Source: Bacteroidota bacterium
Lineage (GTDB): Bacteria > Bacteroidota > Bacteroidia > Palsa-948
DNA length: 56,816 nucleotides
Direction: 5' to 3'
NCBI GenBank assembly: GCA_023251675.1
Contig: JAHEYJ010000002.1
Span: 1 to 56,816, forward strand
The notes below the pieces were generated by a model. That model was not told the origin of the DNA. It made no database searches and saw only the letters and a program-made list of their open reading frames with translations. Below, piece by piece: positions 52,092 to 56,816 of this stretch (the first letter of the stretch is position 1; each line of letters starts with the position of its first letter). The position numbers and the translations under genes are program-made.

Positions 52092-55055
52092 TTATTTGGA
52101 GCTCCTGAGCAAGGCGACATTGCCTTTGATGATCAGGTCTTTGAACTTAGCAATGTAGAAATAGGTTCCCTCTTTAGCAGGGGTTCCGCCTTTTGTTGTT
52201 CCATCCCAGCACTTCTCCGTATCAGAACTTTCAAACATTTTTACACCCCAGCGGTCCCACACTTCCATATCAACACATTGCGCAAGAACCTTTTTTAAAG
52301 AGTCAGGTGATGTAATGTTTGGAACATTCTGAATGTCCATAGCAGGGTGAAAGCAATCATTTATGCCGTCACTATTAGGTGTAAACACATTTGCAGGAAG
52401 TATGTTCAGGTACCGGCCAATATCATTTATAGAAAAAGTGGTATCAATGGTATCTCTGCAAATAGAATTAATGGCAACTACAGAAACATTGTAAACGCCA
52501 TTAAAATCGTAAATGTGAGCGGGCGGAGCAGAGGTCCAGATTATTCCTCCTGGAGAGGGCTGATATTGAGTAAGGTTTGAGTTGTCACCAAAAGTCCAAT
52601 AAACGGAAGAGCCGTTATCGCTAACGTTCGCCATTAAAGGCACAACATATCCGTCACAGGTTATATAAGGAGTCCATTGAGTCCAGGAAACAGAAGGAAT
52701 GGTTACTACATAGACCGTAGCGTATGCCGTGTCTTTACATCCATAGGCATCAGTAACTACAACGGAAAGATTAGTAGTCGTATTCGGCGTAATGGTAGGA
52801 TTCTGTGCAGTATCGCTGCTTAGTGGAGGCGAATTTGGCGGATACCAATTCCAGTGAACGGGCAATTGAGATGCAGGCACGTTGCTTACATTGGCATTCA
52901 ATAATGCGGTACTTCCGGTACAAACAGAAGGACTTGCAATAGCTGAGATCTGTGGGATCGCGCCAACTACAACCGGTACTGAAGCGGTATTGGTACATCC
53001 ATTTCCGTCCGTTACTAATACAGTATAGGTATTGGTTGAGGCCGGATTAGCTATAGGATTCGGGCAAGTAGTACAGCTTAGTCCTGTGGATGGAGACCAT
53101 AAATAAGTAACTATCGAGGATGTAACTGCACTGATGTTAGCTGTGGTTTGTCCAAAGCAAATGGTGCTTGGCGGCAATGCAGAAACATTAGGTTTAGGAG
53201 TAATTCCAACCGAAGCAATGCCCGTATTCGAACAACCACTTCCATCCGTTCCATATACAGTATAAGTTGTTGCAGAGGTTGCACAAGAAAGAACGGCATT
53301 ACCAAAGGCACTGCTCAAATAAGTAGTCGGGCTCCAGGTATAAGTAGCCGCACCTGATGCAGTAAGCGTAGCGCAAACTCCGTTGTTAGGAGTAGCACAA
53401 ACGGTTCCTGAAACTGCAGTAATAACCGGAAGCGGAGCAGGGTAAACATGTGCAGTTGCAATGGATACACATCCGCCGGCATCTGTTCCGGTAATAGTAT
53501 AGTTAGATGCAGACGCGGTAGTGACAGTAATACAAGTAGTTGTTTGTCCTGTAGGGTTCCATACATAAGTTAAGCCTGTACCTGCGGCGCACAATACTCC
53601 GGAATTACTCTGGCAGATCGTTGCGTTTGTAGCAGCAAATGTGGGCGGTGGCAATATCGTTATGGGTACATACACGGTCGTATCTGTACATCCTGCCTGC
53701 GACGAGACAGTAAGTGAGGCCGTATAGGTTCCCCCAGTGGTTGGATAAGTAATTATTCCTGGGTTCTGAGTGCCTGCCGAGACAGGTGACCCTCCCGGGA
53801 ATGACCATGCCCAACCGGAAATTGTTCCGCCAGAAATTGTTGTATTATCCGTGAAAGTAACCTTGTTGCAGTTTACCGTATAGGTCATTGCCGTGTTGAT
53901 AATGGTCGGTTGAAGCGTATATACTTCATAATACCCGCAGCCTGAACCCGGAACAATATATAATATAACCGTATCGGTTAACTGCGGATTAACAATGATG
54001 CTGCTGGTTGACCCTCCGGTTGACCAGCTGTAAGAATAGGTAGGATCCAATGGAGCTGTCAGCAGAACAGAATCTTCGCCCACACAATATTGTGAAGCGG
54101 TGGATAATGTGCCGCAAGAAAAATCCCAGTAAGATTGTGCAAAGTGGCCGCTTAAAGCGCAGTCAGCATTAATAATTTCAATCGTTAACGTTTGACCGAT
54201 ATAGGGATTTAAATTAATTCCAACCAATGTCCATGGCTTGTAGTAAGAAACAGAATTCACGTTACAGGCAGAAGTATAAAAACCCGGTAAGTTGGCAGCA
54301 GCAACGTAGGTAAAACTTCCGCAGGGTATTGGAGTGCCGTTTGAATCATAAATGTTCAAGCTCACAAATGGTTGTTCCGCAGCCGTGTGTCCCGGAGGAT
54401 TTTCCAATACCACTGCATAGGTGAAAGTAAAGTTTGTATCCTGGGCGGTAACAAAAAGCGGATAGGTTAATTGTTCTGCGCAGCCGTCCAAACATCCTCC
54501 GTTAAGTCCGTTGGTTTGTATCTCTCCGATCTGAAGAGAAGCGTTTCCAAAGCCGGGAGCGACAACCGGAATGGGGGGAGCGCCTGCAGCCGGCCCGGGA
54601 GTACAGGCATCAACACCTGCTCCGCTTGTGAGATTAAAGCGAGGTGAAGTTGGAGCAAGAGCGCCAGACCATCCAATAGGTAATGAACCGGCAAAATCTC
54701 CGGTTCTGGCAACCCAAGATCCCCATCCGTTCTCACCGCCCATATCTGAACAGGTAGCAAGTGGAGCTGGATTTTGTTTTTCTCTTATATCGACAGAATG
54801 GTGAATCGCATTTACCTTTCTTCCAGAGAACATCAGTTCTTTTCTTTTCTCAATAATTTTTTCAATCGTAGCAGCAGGGATCCCATCATTTTTTAATTCC
54901 TTACGGTAAAGACCTTCATCTTTCCAAACCCATTCTTTATACGTTTTTGCATTATCTGCATTCGTTTTATCCTGAGCAATGGCGCTAATTCCTGTAAAAA
55001 GAAATGAGGCAGACAAAATGATTCCGCCGGTAAGAGTAAGTATGTTTTTCATCAA
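52092..55055 (-). CDS. large cell-surface protein with T9SS type-B (CHU_C) sorting domain
   Basis: 987 aa. Signal peptide ends in AIAQ. Contains Ig/PKD-like repeats. The C-terminus has NVFTPNSDGINDCFHP...GTYFYIAKF...ALLRSSK. Confidence 0.8.
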   Translation of the reverse strand: MMKNILTLTGGIILSASFLFTGISAIAQDKTNADNAKTYKEWVWKDEGLYRKELKNDGIPAATIEKIIEKRKELMFSGRKVNAIHHSVDIREKQNPAPLATCSDMGGENGWGSWVARTGDFAGSLPIGWSGALAPTSPRFNLTSGAGVDACTPGPAAGAPPIPVVAPGFGNASLQIGEIQTNGLNGGCLDGCAEQLTYPLFVTAQDTNFTFTYAVVLENPPGHTAAEQPFVSLNIYDSNGTPIPCGSFTYVAAANLPGFYTSACNVNSVSYYKPWTLVGINLNPYIGQTLTIEIINADCALSGHFAQSYWDFSCGTLSTASQYCVGEDSVLLTAPLDPTYSYSWSTGGSTSSIIVNPQLTDTVILYIVPGSGCGYYEVYTLQPTIINTAMTYTVNCNKVTFTDNTTISGGTISGWAWSFPGGSPVSAGTQNPGIITYPTTGGTYTASLTVSSQAGCTDTTVYVPITILPPPTFAATNATICQSNSGVLCAAGTGLTYVWNPTGQTTTCITVTTASASNYTITGTDAGGCVSIATAHVYPAPLPVITAVSGTVCATPNNGVCATLTASGAATYTWSPTTYLSSAFGNAVLSCATSATTYTVYGTDGSGCSNTGIASVGITPKPNVSALPPSTICFGQTTANISAVTSSIVTYLWSPSTGLSCTTCPNPIANPASTNTYTVLVTDGNGCTNTASVPVVVGAIPQISAIASPSVCTGSTALLNANVSNVPASQLPVHWNWYPPNSPPLSSDTAQNPTITPNTTTNLSVVVTDAYGCKDTAYATVYVVTIPSVSWTQWTPYITCDGYVVPLMANVSDNGSSVYWTFGDNSNLTQYQPSPGGIIWTSAPPAHIYDFNGVYNVSVVAINSICRDTIDTTFSINDIGRYLNILPANVFTPNSDGINDCFHPAMDIQNVPNITSPDSLKKVLAQCVDMEVWDRWGVKMFESSDTEKCWDGTTKGGTPAKEGTYFYIAKFKDLIIKGNVALLRSSK

Positions 55056-55236
55056 TGGGTTGTTAAAGTTTGGTAGCTATTCCTTTGAGATGAAATGCCA
55101 GCCAAAATGGTTGCATGGCATATCTATCTTATTAGGGATAGCGAAGATAATTGAAAAATCGTAATCTACAAGTCAATAGAATTACATTTTAAAGGAAAAA
55201 TTAAGATTCTAAATCTTGCAGGAAGAGTGGGAGAAA

Positions 55237-56816
55237 CTATCTTAGAACAGTGATAAACCCTTTAAACTGAATCCCGTTCATATCAAAAATATAGAAGTAG
55301 GTTCCCTCGGGTACAATTGAACCGGTTGAGGTACGGCCATCCCAACAGGATCCTGAATAGGCAGAGTAATAAACCGGAATTCCCCAGCGGTTGTAAATAG
55401 TCAGATCTGCGCAGCCGGCAAATTTGCCGTCATCTGCTCCAGAAATGGCAGGAATCAAATGAAAGCAGTCGTTTGTTCCGTCTCCGTTTGGCGTGAAAAC
55501 ATTGGATGTTTTAAATGTCACATAATTCGAAATATCAGAGATCGAAATTGTTTTCATTAACGTGTCAGCACAGGGAGGATTGGTTGCGATCAGCGTTATC
55601 AGGTTTCCTGAATTGTACGGAAATGAATGAACCGGGTTCTGCTGATCGGAAGAAATGCCATCTCCAAAATTCCAACCCAGCGCCGTTGCATTCAAACTCG
55701 AATCAAGAAACTGCGCTTCAATTCCTTCGCAGGCTAATGACAAGGTGTACCCGAAATTTGCTGTGGGATTTATTCCGATGGATACCAAAACAGAATCCAT
55801 GTTGGAACATCCGTTTGCATCGGTCCCCACCACAGAATACGTGGTGGCGCTGGAAGGATTCGCATGCGGATTGGAAAGGGTGGTGCTGCTTAATCCCCAA
55901 GTGGGTGACCATATATAATTTATTCCTCCGGTTGCAGTGAGGGAAACAGAATCTCCCGGACATAAAACAGAATTTGATCCTGCATCAACAGATGGCAACG
56001 CATTCACATTTACTTTTACTGAATCGGAATTATTACAACTGTTCGTACCCACCAACGTTACAGTATAGTTTGTCGTCGTTGTTGGCGTAGCGATCGGATT
56101 TGAAACGGTAGAATTATTCAGCGTTGCGGAAGGACTCCATAAATAACTGATTCCCCCTGATGCAAAAAGGAAAGCAGTATCTCTTGCACATATGGAAGTG
56201 TCGTTAGATGTTATCACTACCGGAAGTGAAAGCACCGTAACATTAACCGTATCGGTGTTTGAACAAAGATTCGTATCCGTGGCTACAACCGTGTACGTAG
56301 TGGTGAGTGTCGGGCTTGCAACCGGGTTTGAAATGTTCGGATTGTTCAATGTTGCCGCCGGACTCCAGATAAATACCTGGCCGCCGTTGCCCGCAAGAGT
56401 GGTTGCATTTCCTATACAAACAGAAACATCAGCTCCTGCATTCACCACGGGTAATGGGTTTATAAATACTCTTGCAGAATCGATATTAGAGCAACTGTTC
56501 GCATCGGTTCCGGTTACGGTGTAGGTTGAAGAAGAAGTGGGCGCGACAAAAATACTGGTTGTTGTCGCCGTGGTGCTCCATAAATAAGTAGTGGCACCGC
56601 TGGCCGTAAGTGTCGCGGAATTTCCGATACAAACAGAAATATCCGCGCCGGCACTCACAACAGGCAGCGAATTAATAAACACGGTTGCTGAATCCGTTTT
56701 CGAACAACCGTTCACATCGGTTCCGGTTACAGAATAAGTTGAAGAGGAAGTGGGAGCGACAGAAATACTGGTTGTTGTCGCCGTGGTGCTCCATAAATAA
56801 GTTATTGCTCCGCTTG
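55237..56816 (-). CDS. repeat-rich surface protein with T9SS type-B sorting domain (5' end outside window)
   Basis: The frame stays open to the window edge; the track M at 56715 is an internal GTG. There are 71-aa tandem repeats (LPVV.AGAD.SVCIGN..TL). The C-terminus has NVFTPNGDGTNDCFH...GTYFYIFDM...ITVLR. Confidence 0.8.
   Translation of the reverse strand, partial: SGAITYLWSTTATTTSISVAPTSSSTYSVTGTDVNGCSKTDSATVFINSLPVVSAGADISVCIGNSATLTASGATTYLWSTTATTTSIFVAPTSSSTYTVTGTDANSCSNIDSARVFINPLPVVNAGADVSVCIGNATTLAGNGGQVFIWSPAATLNNPNISNPVASPTLTTTYTVVATDTNLCSNTDTVNVTVLSLPVVITSNDTSICARDTAFLFASGGISYLWSPSATLNNSTVSNPIATPTTTTNYTVTLVGTNSCNNSDSVKVNVNALPSVDAGSNSVLCPGDSVSLTATGGINYIWSPTWGLSSTTLSNPHANPSSATTYSVVGTDANGCSNMDSVLVSIGINPTANFGYTLSLACEGIEAQFLDSSLNATALGWNFGDGISSDQQNPVHSFPYNSGNLITLIATNPPCADTLMKTISISDISNYVTFKTSNVFTPNGDGTNDCFHLIPAISGADDGKFAGCADLTIYNRWGIPVYYSAYSGSCWDGRTSTGSIVPEGTYFYIFDMNGIQFKGFITVLR

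Overview
The window is a Bacteroidota chromosomal segment. The evidence is T9SS/gliding genes, TTTG-N19-TAnnTTTG promoters and weak or absent Shine-Dalgarno sites. About two thirds is ordinary housekeeping: pyk, tilS, pabB-like, hemH, rpiB, hmgA, ispG, gcvP, uvrC, asd, mscL, miaB, tsaB and others. The accessory content is envelope and secretion related. (1) The T9SS core operon porP/sprF-gldK-gldL-gldM-gldN (30.0-36.4 kb) is preceded by four separately promoted and terminated type-A CTD cargo genes, plus an XRE regulator (24.5-29.7 kb). (2) There are three ECF-type sigma modules. Each has a downstream membrane partner with a similar short N-terminus but a different C-terminal domain: an OM beta-barrel, a PKD domain plus T9SS type-B sorting domain, or a low-complexity tail. 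Two of these modules are tandem and run into uvrC by an ATGA overlap. (3) Two large type-B CTD adhesin-like genes lie at the 3' end; the last is truncated by the window edge. (4) An orphan TolC-adaptor pair and creD are also present. The best candidates for something not yet described are: the sigma-linked membrane protein that ends in a T9SS type-B sorting domain (39710-40846); a C10 tract inside a probable leaderless PPP-encoding uORF in front of an XRE plus Cys-rich T9SS-cargo unit (26996-28457); and a pervasive class of roughly 35-nt arrays made of five tandem heptamers. These arrays have a different unit at each locus, sit in frame in essential genes, encode signal-peptide cores and form intergenic hairpins. 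A second repeat class, GC-rich CCTCTCC/GGAGAGG hairpins, is also found inside coding sequence. No rRNA, tRNA, CRISPR array, transposase or integrase was recognised. All functional calls rest on motif recognition by eye; no searches were run.
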